Below, piece after piece: positions 39,626 through 50,315 of a DNA stretch of 64,000 nucleotides; position 1 is the first letter of the stretch, and every line of letters starts with the position of its first letter. The notes under the pieces were generated by a model. That model had not been told where the DNA came from. It saw only the letters and a list, made by a program, of their open reading frames with translations, and made no database searches. Source of the DNA: Octopus sinensis (taxonomy: Eukaryota); assembly GCF_006345805.1 (NCBI RefSeq), contig NC_043008.1, positions 77,314,001 through 77,378,000 on the forward strand. Reading direction: 5' to 3'. Made by a program: the position numbers and the translations under genes.

Positions 39626-41031
39626 ATCATTGTTTAACGTCTACTTTCCATGCTAGCATGGGTTGGACGATTTTGATTGAGGGCTGGCAAACCAGATGGC
39701 TGCACCAGGCTCCAATCTTGATCTGGCAGAGTTTCTACAGCTGGATGCCCTTCCTAACGCCAACCACTCTGAGAGTGTAGTGGGTGCTTTTTACGTGCCA
39801 CCGGCATAGGGGCCAGTCAGGCAGTACTGGCAATGACCTCGCTCAAATCTTTTTACACATGCCAGTGAAGCGACGTTTGTAACGATCACACTCGAATGGT
39901 GCCCTTTTACGTGCTACGGGTACGGAAGCCAGTTGGCTGCTCTGGCAACGATTATGCTCGGATGGTGCTCTTGGCACCCTACTAGCACAGGCATAAGTGC
40001 CAGTAAGGTGATGCTGGTAACGATCATACACGAATAACCGCTCTATCAACGATCACACTCATATGGTGCTCTTTGCACCCCGCTAGCACGGATGCCAGTC
40101 ATCGAAGTGATTTTGATTTGATTTTGATTTCACTTGCCTCAACAGGTCTTCGCAAGCAGAGTTTAGTGACCAAAGAAGGAAAAGGTATGCATAAGCGGGC
40201 TGGTTATGCTCCTGGCATAGGCCATGGGTTATGGTCTCATTTGGCTTGCTGGGTCTTCTCGAGCACAGCATATTTCCAAAAGTTTCAGTCGCTAGTCATT
40301 TCATTTCATTTCATTTCCTTGGTGAGGCCTAATGTTCGAAGGTCGTGCTTCACCACTTCATCCCAGGTCTTCCTGGGTCTACCTTTTCTACAGGTTCCCT
40401 CAACCGCTAGGGTGTGGCACTTTTTCATACAGCTATCCTCATCCATTCTTGCCACATGACCATACCAGTGCAGTCGTCTCTCTTGCACACCACATCTAAT
40501 GCTTCTTAGGTCTAACTTTTCTCTCAAGGTACTCACACTCTGTCGAGCATGCACACTGACATTACACATCCATTGGATCATACTGGCTTCATTCCTTGCG
40601 AGCTTATGCATGTCCTCTGCAGTCACAGCCCATGTTTCACTGCCGTGTAGCATGGCTGTTTGTACACATGTATCATACAGTCTACCTTACTCTGAGCGAG
40701 AGACCCTTTCTCACCAGCAGAGGTAAGAGCTCTCCGAACTTTGCCCAAGCTATTTTTATTCTAGTAGCTACACTTTCAGTGCACCCTCCCCCGCTTACTG
40801 ACTTGGTCACCTAGATAACGGAGGCTATCAACTACTTCTAGTTTTTCTCCCTGGAATGTGGTGGAAATTGGTCTCTGCGCATTTTCAGTGTTTATCGCTC
40901 CTGTGCATCTGCCACATACAAAAACTATCTCCCCAGTTAGCCTTCCTTTGATATTACTGCACCTCTTATGTGTCCATAGCTTACACTGGATACATCTTAC
41001 AGAGTTTCTACCTATGCCTCTACTACAGATC
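39626..41031 (-). mobile_element. 5'-truncated RTE LINE
   Basis: ORF 40306-40653 (MLHGSETWAVTAEDMHKLARNE...) nearly identical to 44110-44450; full 3'UTR. Confidence 0.92.
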
Positions 41032-41040
41032 TACTATATA

Positions 41041-41100
41041 TTTTATTTATTTTTTTATCTAGTTTCAGCTCACGAGCTGTGGCCATGCTGGGGCACCGCC
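41041..41100 (-). mobile_element. ~60-bp retroposon 3' tail related to the SINE-A tail
   Basis: ggcggtgccccagcatggccacagctcgtgagctgaaactagat followed by an A-rich tail. Confidence 0.7.
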
Positions 41101-41135
<35 letters not shown>

Positions 41136-41356
41136 TAATATATATAATATATATATATGAGACGAGGGAAAGATGACCTCCCTTTGCAAATACCATAAGG
41201 GCACAGAAAGTGTGCCTAAAGCCAGCTGGAGGTGATGTTCTCCTGGGGCTACAAGCTACAGTAACACCCACCCTTAGTGGTTAGCCATATTGAGATGGCA
41301 AGTATACCTCACATATATATATATATACGGGTGTGTGTGATTGTGTATAGAAGAAT

Positions 41357-42305
41357 ATATTAATAAAAGGGATTCCAACCGTGTCTAATTTTCACGTTTT
41401 ATTTACAATCTTATAATGATATAATATAAGATAATATAATATAATAAAATAAAATAAAATAATATAATAATAGAATGTTAAATGTTCATTCTGATTGAAC
41501 TAGTACTTTCATGCATTAAATTCTGCAATCTTCAGGTTCATGTAGTAGTGGTGACAGTCATGCTTCACAATTTTTGACTGTAGCGAGATGATTAAGTCTG
41601 TGCCTTAAATACAGCTGTGTAGGCTCCAGATTGCTAGGTTTTGCAAACTGTATTCTGACCAATCAGTGTGTAGTATCACTCAATTACTTAAGCTGATTGG
41701 TTTAGGCGTCACGCTTTGTTGAACATGTCAAGAGTCCTGTATCTTAACCCTGGACGAGGCAGCAATTGTTGGGCTATTTTTAGAAATGTTGTAAATAGCC
41801 TTTGTCAGAGATTTTTATAATTTTATATTTCAATTGTCATCATCATCATTGTCAGCACCTTAATTAATGTTGCTAGTGGTGATGGTAGTGGCAATAGAAC
41901 TTTTAACCCTAAATAAGATAATTTTCCTGCTATTTAAGTATTATTATTATTGCTTATTTAGCTTGGGTTCGAATTTATCAATAAAATTCTTTTCTCTGAT
42001 TTTCCTCTCGATTTCACTAGGGCTATGTAATTTGTAGAATGGAAATATTATATATATTTTCCGATCACATGTTGCTAGGTGGTTACTCAAAGGTATCTGA
42101 CACACCTCTGGGTCTCTAATCTGTTGTCGGTGTACACGTGAGCATTCTGATAGTGCATTTCCCATCTGACCTACATATATTTCTTCACAATTTGGGCATT
42201 TGATGCAGTAAATTAAATTTCTGCTTTTGCAGTTCATATTCGCGTTTGTGAATATTTTCCCGGTTTTTGTGTTTATATATTTGCCGGTATGTATGAATTG
42301 GCATT
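41357..42305 (-). mobile_element. Penelope-like element 3' part: GIY-YIG endonuclease ORF end plus 3'UTR/pLTR
   Basis: NCKSRNLIYCIKCPNCEEIYVGQ...RVHRQQI...HL...ERKIREKNFIDKFEPKLN (stop at 41947); downstream CCAAT- and TATA-like motifs and a hammerhead; truncated by the RTE insertion at ~42305-42312. Confidence 0.85.
41496..41540 (-). ncRNA. Minimal type I hammerhead ribozyme motif in PLE 3' region
   Basis: tgaac-CTGAAGA-t-tgca-gaatttaa-tgca-t-GAA-AGTACT-A-gttca: 5-bp stem I, 4-bp stem II with U-U closing pair, palindromic stem III, predicted cleavage after CUA. Confidence 0.8.
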
Positions 42306-42309
42306 GCAT

Positions 42310-45087
42310 AAATGAAGCCTTTGACGAAATAGAAGGAGGTATAGCTTCACATGGGGTAGAAGACAACTGGAGGTCTCTAAGGGACAACCTGCTGAGAGCC
42401 ACTGACCAGATCTGTGGTTGGTACAAAGTCCCCTCAAGACCCAAAATAACGTGGTGGTGGAACAATATTGTTGACAGGGCTATTAGACAAAAGAAACAGG
42501 CTTGGAAGGACTGGAAGAACGGTGGTAGCAGGGAAGTGTATCAGACTGCCAGAAGGGAAGCTAGGAGGCAGGTGTATTTAGCCAGAGGGGAAGCAGATAA
42601 GAAAAAATTTGCCAATGTTCTGCGCCGTGAGGATGAAAGACTTGAGGTATTTCGTCTTGCAAGACAGTGTGTGAGTGAGAATCGTGACGTGATAGGAGAG
42701 AAATGTGTTCGCAAGGATGATGGTTCACTTGCGCTAAATGAGGATGCAAAGAGAGAGGTTTGGAGACACCACTATGAAAGGTTGCTGAATAAGGAAAATG
42801 AATGGGATAAAGAGAGTCTGCCGAATGTCGACCCAACAGAGGGACCAGCAATCCGAGTTGTCAGTTCCTTAGTAGTAAGGCAATTACAAGCATGAAGACA
42901 GGGAAAGCCCCAGGCCCATCAGGAATTACTGCAGAGATGCTCAAAATATCTGGTAGTGTCAGCTATAGCCTAGTCACCCATATAGTTAACCAGGTGATAC
43001 ACGAAGGAGTCATTCCCAATGACTGGTGTAGCAGCATAATAGTCAACTGCTACAAAGGTAAAGGTGACGCCCTAGATACAAATAACTACAGGTGTATCAA
43101 GCTGCTGGATCAGGTAATGAAGGTTACGGAGAGGGTTATAGCCCAACTAATTAGAGAGAGAGTTAGCTTGGATGAGATGCAGTTTGGGTTTGTGCCAGGG
43201 AAAAGTACTACTGATGCTATATTCTTGGTAAGTCAGCTGCAGGAGAAATACCTAGCCAAAGATAAGCCCCTGTACCTGGCTTTTGTTGACATGGAGAAAG
43301 CCTTCGACAGGGTCCCCCGATCCCTTATCTGGTGGTCAATGAGGAAACTAGGGATAGATGAATGGTTAGTGAGAGCTGTGCGAGCCATGTACAGAGAGGC
43401 TGCTAATAAGGTGAGGGTTGGCAATGAGTACAGTGAAGAATTCCAGGTAGAGGTTGGGGTCCACCAAGGTTCAGTCCTCAGTCCCCTCCTATTTATCATA
43501 GTCCTCCAGGCAATAACGGAGGAATTCAAGACAGGATGCCCCTGGGAGCTCCTCTATGCTGATGACCTTGCTCTAATTGCTGAGTCACTATTAGAACTGG
43601 AGGAGAAGTTTCAGGTGTGGAAGCAAGGATTAGAATTGAAGGGCCTTAGAATCAACCTAGCCAAAACCAAAGTCCTAATAAGTAGGAAGGTAGACCAATC
43701 ACAAACGCCTTCAGGTAGATGGCCCTGCTCGATCTGTAGAAAAGGTGTAGGTAGAAACTCTATAAGATGCACCAAGTGTAAGCTATGGACACATAAGAGG
43801 TACAGCAATGTCAAAGGAAGGCTAACTAGGAAAATAGTTTTTGTTTGTGGCAGATGCTCAGGAGCAATAAACACTGAAAATGCGCAGAGACCAACTTGTA
43901 CCACATTCCAGGGAGAAAAACTAGAAGTAGTTGATAGCTTCCGCTACCTAGGTCACCAAGTCAGTAGCGGGGGTGGGTGTGCTGAAAGTGTAACTGCTAG
44001 AGTAAGAATAGCCTGGGCTAAGTTCAGAGAGCTCTTACCCCTGCTGGTGACAAAAGGCCTCTTGCTCAGAGTAAAAGGCAGACTGTATGATGCATGTGTA
44101 CGAACAGCCATGCTACATGGTAGTGAAAGATGGGCTGTGACTGCTGAGGATATGCGTAAGCTCGCAAGAAATGAAGCCAGTATGCTCCAATGGATGTGTA
44201 ATGTCAGTGTTCATACTCGACAGAGTGTAAGTACCTTGAGAGAAAAGTTGGACCTAAGAAGCATCAGTTGTGGTGTGCAAGAGAGACGTTTGTGCTGGTA
44301 TGATCATGTGACGAGAATGGCTGAAGATAGTTGTGTGCAAAAGTGCCACACCCTAGTGGTTGAGAGAACTTTTGGAAGAGGTAGACCCAGGAAAACCTGG
44401 GACGAGGTGGTGAAGCATGACCTTCAAACTTTAGGTCTCACCAAGGAAATGACTAGAGACCAAGACTATGGAAGTATGCTGTGCGTGAGAAGACCCGGCA
44501 GGACTAGTGTGACCATAACCCGTGGCCTCTACCTGGTATGTAGCCAGTCGACTTATGCATACCTTTCCTTCTTGGGACACAAAACTCCACTTGTGAAGAC
44601 CCGTTGAGACAAGTGAAAATCAAATCAAATCAAATCAAATCAGATATCAGAAAGCAGAACCAAAATCAAAGTCGATCAACATCAATGGAAATTGCAGCTG
44701 TGATACCAGTGCCGGTGACAAGTAAGCGAACCATCCGATCGTGACCGTTGCCAGCGCCGCCCCGACTGGCCTCCGTGCCAGTGGCATGTAAAAAGCACCA
44801 CCCGTTCGTGGCCATTACCAGCCTTGCCTGCCCCCGTGCCGGTGGCATGTAAAAAGCACCATCCGATCGTGGCCGTTGCCAGCCCCGTCTGGCACCTGTG
44901 CGGGTGGCACGTAAAAAGCACCCACTACACTCATGGAGTGGTTGGCGTTAGGAAGGGCATCCAGCCGTAGAAACACTGCCAGACCAGACTGGGCTTGATG
45001 CAGCCTTCTGGCTTCCCAGACCCCAGTTGAACCGTCAAACCCATGCTAGCATGGAAAGCGGACGCTAAATGATGATGATGATGATAA
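42310..45087 (+). mobile_element. Young 5'-truncated RTE LINE (RT intact apart from frameshifts near 42885 and at the C-terminus)
   Basis: ORFs 42227-42895 and 42892-44607: KAPGPSGI, YLAFVDMEKAFDRV, GVHQGSVLSPLLF, LYADDL, FRYLG; 3'UTR with ~60-bp repeats and (GAT)n tail. Confidence 0.94.
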
Positions 45088-45124
45088 ATATATATATATA
45101 TAAATAAATATTTATATATATATA

Positions 45125-45166
<42 letters not shown>

Positions 45167-45371
45167 TTATATTTATACATTACAGAGATGTACTCGCATA
45201 GCAAGTAATTTGATCTGAGATCTTGTGCTGAAACGAAAACAATTGCAGCGTGGAAGGTGTTTATAAGTCATTTAAGAAACACACAAAAGCTGTTCGATTC
45301 ACTTCAAAATTTAAGTTTAATTTGTCAAAACCTGTTCACTGACAAAAATCCGTGCTGCATATTTATATATT

Positions 45372-45451
<80 letters not shown>

Positions 45452-45520
45452 ACATATATTTATATATATATATTTATATATATATATATTTATATATATA
45501 TATTTATATATATATATATT
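45088..45520. repeat. (AT)n-rich tracts with an embedded ~180-bp interspersed repeat (45180-45360)
   Basis: Long AT/TATT arrays directly visible; the embedded segment is non-coding and unclassified. Confidence 0.75.
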
Positions 45521-45785
45521 AATAAAAGGAATTCCAGCCTTGTCTGATTTTCACGTTTTATTTACAATCTTATAATGATATAATATAAGATAATATAATA
45601 TAATAAAATAAAATAATAGATTTAACCATCTCATTACAGTCAAAAATTGTGAAGCATGACTGTTACCACTACTACATGAACCTGAAGATTGCATAATTTA
45701 ATGCATAAAAGTACTAGTTCAATCAGAATGAACATTTAACATTCTATTATTTTATTTTATATTATATTATATCATTATTATATCA
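45517..45785. mobile_element. Duplicated PLE terminus: direct copy (45517-45617) plus inverted copy (45627-45785) of 41357-41592
   Basis: Direct sequence match in both orientations; includes a second hammerhead at 45677-45721 (+) with GAAA changed to AAAA. Confidence 0.85.
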
Positions 45786-46600
45786 ACATACAGTTGCCCA
45801 TACGAGAAGCAGGGCTCTTCCAAGAGAAGACCAGCTACAGAGAGGGTTTGACCCTGAGATTTGTTAATGGACATGGCAAAGCTGACACGAAGGGGGAATT
45901 GCAGTCTTCTGAATGTAAATGGAATTTCTGCTCCTGATGGAGCAAGAGGAATTCTTGGAATAAAGACATCATCACCTTTTCCACATCCAGAAAGAATGAT
46001 CGCCCCGATAACGTGACATCATTTTCTTTATCACCAGTCGTGTTCCATTGCAAAGTCTTGGTGGTTCCAGATTGCGGAGTAGCATTACAGGAGTTCCAAC
46101 TTTAAGTGCTAAAATGTGTGGAGGTAGTCCAGGAGGCTCCAGTGAATTGAGAAATTCAGGAGGATAGTTCACAACTTCATTTATATCTGGAATTGTATCA
46201 ACAGACTTGTAAGAGTGTATAGTGCCGGGAAGAGAATGCATTAGCTGTTGATTAATTTTGTTAACAGCGACGTTTTTTTGAGCTAATATTGCTCTTTCAC
46301 AGAGCCAATTGTGATTTTGGTAGTTTGGTGTGAAGTTGGGAAAGACTTTTTTTTTGAGGTCATCTACAGAATTAACAACAGAGGAAAATTACCACACTTC
46401 CATTTGTCCTGCAGCATCGAGAGGCATCTTGCCTTCACCAAGTGTCAAAATGTCCTGTGCAAACTTTGTGGACATTTCGTCAACGTGTAAGAAAGCAGAC
46501 AGCTAGAGGGATGAAGGTATCAGTGGTGGTATAGTGGTGTGGGGGTCATTTGAATTGACCGTACGCTATGAAGGTTAGAGGTGAAGTGGATGACAATATA
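45785..46600 (-). mobile_element. Helitron PIF1-like helicase fragment
   Basis: NYPPEFLNSLEPPGLPPHILALKVGTPVMLLRNLEPPRLCNGTRL and RRLQFPLRVSFAMSINKSQGQTLSVAGLLLEEPCFSYGQLYV; frameshifted. Confidence 0.9.
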
Positions 46601-46859
46601 CTTCACTTGATAAGGTAGCATGTGGTAAATATCTGTTACCATCATCCATTGTCCCGTAGAGAGAAGTAAGTTTTATTTCCTTGTGTTGGGAATGAAATGA
46701 GAATGAGATGTAAGGGGACAGTGTTTTTGAAATTCTGGTTCGAAAATAAGGCAGGTTTGAAAGTGTTCCCAATAGTTATTAGTTGTAGTGGTAGAGTGTT
46801 TATGCCGAATATGAACGTATGCATGTATATATATGTATGTATGCCTGTATATATGTTCA

Positions 46860-46980
46860 AAATCCACTGAGAAGGCTTTTGTTGGTCTGAGGCTACAGCA
46901 GAAGACACATGCCAAGTCACCACACAGTGGGACTGAACCCAGGACCGTGTGTTTGGAACGTAGTTTGTTACCACACAGCC
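46860..46980 (-). mobile_element. SINE family A 5' fragment
   Basis: ggactgaacccaggacc...gttaccacacagcc. Confidence 0.75.
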
Positions 46981-47679
46981 TATGTATGTGTGTGCGTATG
47001 TGTGTATGGGTAGATATATTATGCATATATATGTGTACATATTACATGTACATCTATATATATACATCTACACATGAAATACAAAATACAAAGTTACATC
47101 TTGATATCGCTAGTGATAACAATACTCAAAATATATAACAGACTGGAATTGTAGGTCCGTCTCTTGCAATTTCGATCATTTGGATCTTGTCCTGCCTCTT
47201 GTATAGAAGTGTATGGCTGCAGCGAAATTCATTTTTGGACTTTCTACTATTGAAGGCATTTTAACAAAAATGCTTCCGTAAAGACAGTGAAAATATTGTC
47301 AATTTCCCCAAACAGGGACACAATTCAATTTATAGAGGGTTACGGTTTGCAATTATTTAACAAATGCAACACAACAACGTTTCCCTGATGAGGAACCAAC
47401 AAACGTGATTACAATAGTCAAACAGTAATAATGATAACAACAAACCTTTTTAATTTATCCCCATTTATGTGAAACCACTTATTCAAGTTCAAATCATTGA
47501 TGCAATTTCATACAAATTACTAATACACACACACATAATAAGGGTGAAAAATTGAATATTAATTTGATTAATATGAATTGAAAACCAGTGGTGTAGCATA
47601 TAAGACCATAGCAGATCTTCTTCTAGCAAAATGGATGACCACTGTTAATGGTTCATCCCTGTTATATAATACTTTCACT

Positions 47680-47898
47680 TTAATAGTTTCAGTATTATAG
47701 TGAGAGTGTCTGCATTACAATAGAGAGATGTTTTTGTTTCACTTTTAACACATAATACTGAAATAGTGGAAAAGATATGATATTGCTGTGGGGTCGCCCT
47801 AGGGAAAAAGTAAAAAATTTTTTTGCCGGACCTTAAGTAAGACATGCGTAAAATTTGAATGAAATTGGTTGCGTAGTTCTCAAGTTTTAGGGAAACAC

Positions 47899-47929
<31 letters not shown>

Positions 47930-47955
47930 CACATTCTCAGTTTTATATATAGAGA
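47680..47955 (-). mobile_element. Helitron-like 5' end
   Basis: Minus strand starts tctctatatataaaactg followed by (GTCT)n and aaccaatttc, typical of Helitron/Helentron 5' ends. Confidence 0.55.
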
Positions 47956-48144
47956 TAGAGATAAATAAAAAATATATATGTATATACACATACATATATG
48001 TACATACATACATATATATGAGTGTATCTATATATATATATATATATATATATGTGTATATATAAAAAATATATATATATATGCATATATGGGTACAGGA
48101 TGTCACAAAACATAAAGAACATGAAATACGAAAACAACATGAAA

Positions 48145-49813
48145 TATCAGATCATCCCATAGATTCTGTCCGATTTTACCTTTTTTAAAATCAATTGAAA
48201 TTTAATAGTATTTTAGAATGTCTAATGGAATTAAAAATTATTTCTATGCATTTGTATACATTTAAACTAATTAAATATTATTTTACAGAATAATAAAATT
48301 AAAATTTCTTTGATTAAAATCCTTTCTAACATGAAAGTATCCAAAGAGCATTTAAGGCACATAATGCTTTATGAGTACTGCAGCCGAAGTGACTCGAAAC
48401 ATACACTCAGTTTATGGGAAAGAATGCTTGAATGAAAGAACTTACAGAAGATGGTTTGCAAAATTCAGAAGTGGAGATTTCAACCTTGAAGATAAAGATT
48501 GAACAGGACGTCCACTTGAGTTTGATGATAAGCACTCTGAGGCATTATTTGAAAAAAATCCTGCATTATCAGCTGAAAAATTGGTAATAAAGCTTAGTTC
48601 AAACCATACGACAGTTCATCATTATCTTCAACAACTTGGAAAGGTTCTTAAACTTGGAAAATGGGTGCCTCAGGAATTGTCTGAAAGCAACCGCAAATCC
48701 TGAGTTTACATCTGCTCTTCTCTCCATTCTCGCAAACTCATTTCACCCTTTTTGGATAGACTTGTGACTGGTGACTAAAAATGGTTCTTCTATCGAAATG
48801 TTAACCGCAGGAGTGGCTGTGTGGTAAGTAGCTTGTTTACCAACCACATGGTTCCGGGTTCAGTCCTACTGCGTGGCATCTTGGGCAAGAGTCTTCTGCT
48901 ATAGCTTCAGGCTGACCAAAGCCTTGTGAGTGGATTTGGTAGATGGAAACTGAAAGAAGCCCATCGTATATATTTATACATATATGTATATGCGTGTGTG
49001 CATGTATGTTTGTGTGTCTGTGTTTGTCCCCCTAGCATTGCTTGACAACCGATGGTGTTGTGTTTATGTCCCCGTCACTTAGCGGTTCGGCAAAAGAGAC
49101 CGATAGAAAGAATGAGTCCCGGGATCAAGTTGCTCAATTAAAGGTGGTGCTCCAGCATGGCCACAGTCAAATGACTGAAACAAGTAAAAGAGTAAAAGAG
49201 TTGTAAACAGTAGCTTGGTAAAAAGGAAAAAGCTCAACTACAACCGAGAAGGGAACTTCATGGGTAAAAGGTTCTTCTCTCTATCTGGTGGGATTGCAAA
49301 GGAGTTATTTACTTTGAATTGTTACTACCTAATGCAACAATCAATGCTCAAGTCTACTGTTAGCAATTAGAGTGTTTGTACCAAGCTTTGAAGAAAAAAT
49401 GACCTGCTTTAGTGAATCAAAAAGGAGTGATGTTTCATCAGAACAATGCACGACCCCACACTGCAAAGATCACATCACAGAAGATCGAAGAGCTCAGTTG
49501 AGAAAAATTCCTCATCTACCTTATTCAGCCAACCTTGCTCCTTCAGACTACCATTTGTTTCGTAGTTATAGAATCATTTGAGGGACATAACTTTCGCAAG
49601 CCAGGAGGAGGTTGAAACTGACATTTCAGAGTTCTTTGCTTTGAAAGCAAAAGAGTTTTACATTGATGGGATTAAAAAGCTTGTAAATTGATGGAAGGAA
49701 GTCATAGATAACCAGGGAAAATACATTGATGATTAAATTTCAATTAAATATAACATTTGATCACTTGTTTTCTTTCTTCAAAATTTGGAGAGAACTTATA
49801 GTATGACCTGATA
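48145..49813 (+). mobile_element. Full-length fossil mariner (DD34D-type) with SINE insertion
   Basis: TIRs including TA: tatcagatcatcccatagattctgtcc / ggagagaacttatagtatgacctgata; transposase motifs WFAKFRSGDFNLED, WVPQELS, TGD, NARPH, LAPSDYHLF with many stops; ~1270 bp without the SINE. Confidence 0.9.
48803..49200 (+). mobile_element. SINE family A, full length, inside mariner
   Basis: gcaggagtggctgtgtggtaag head (Pol III A/B box-like, ggttcagtcc) through the gtaaaagagtaaaagag tail. Confidence 0.9.
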
Positions 49814-49814
49814 G

Positions 49815-50295
49815 AAAGACATACTTGGGTATGCGAACAACGAGAGAAACAAATAGAAAACAAGACACATAACATAAAGAAGGACCCTTCATCAGTTATT
49901 GGCTGTCCATCTACTCCTCATTATTTGTATATCGAGCACTGAAATGAGGAGTGCTCGAAATGAGGAGTAGATGGACAGCTGACAACTGATGAAGGATCGT
50001 TCTTTATGTTACTTGTCTTGTTTTCCATTTGTTTCTCTCCCTGTACCCATATGTGTATGTATGCCACCACTTACACCTACACAGACATTCACTGACCGCG
50101 TGTGTACCGTTGGCGATTTTTTTCCTCCGTCTTCCCTTCTCTGGATCTTTCCTTTTCCTATGTTTCTGATGAAGAGCTCCGCTCGAAACGTTAAACCCTC
50201 CTTCTTTCCTTCTTTCCTGAGCGTCCAATAATACTATATTTGTTCCACGTCCTTGCGTTGTTGTGTTTTCTCTTTGTGTTTTCATGTTTGGTTTA
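49815..50295 (+). mobile_element. Penelope-related non-autonomous repeat with foldback head and hammerhead
   Basis: ~80-bp inverted arms 49842-49922 / 49959-50039; hammerhead at 50162-50196; a related fragment lies at ~51420-51530. Confidence 0.65.
50162..50196 (+). ncRNA. Minimal hammerhead ribozyme motif
   Basis: gttt-CTGATGA-a-gagc-tcc-gctc-GAA-ACGT-t-aaac: 4-bp stem I, 4-bp stem II, ACGU palindrome; extra A after the core and U at position 17. Confidence 0.7.
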
Positions 50296-50315
50296 ACTAT
50301 ATATATATATATACA

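Noticed and set aside
42227-42465. Apparent overlapping antisense ORFs (41947-42465 minus; 42227-42895 plus) suggesting a fusion gene
   Set aside because: Each ORF merely runs through the PLE/RTE junction at ~42305-42312 by chance; homology stops at the junction on both strands.
44690-44930. CRISPR-like repeat-spacer appearance in RTE 3'UTRs
   Set aside because: The spacers are themselves related to each other, the context is a eukaryotic LINE, and no cas genes are present; it is a minisatellite.
47380-47410. ctgatgagg...aaacgtg, possible further hammerhead
   Set aside because: GAAA is missing its G, stem II is at most 2 bp and no stem I pairing is evident; at best a relic.
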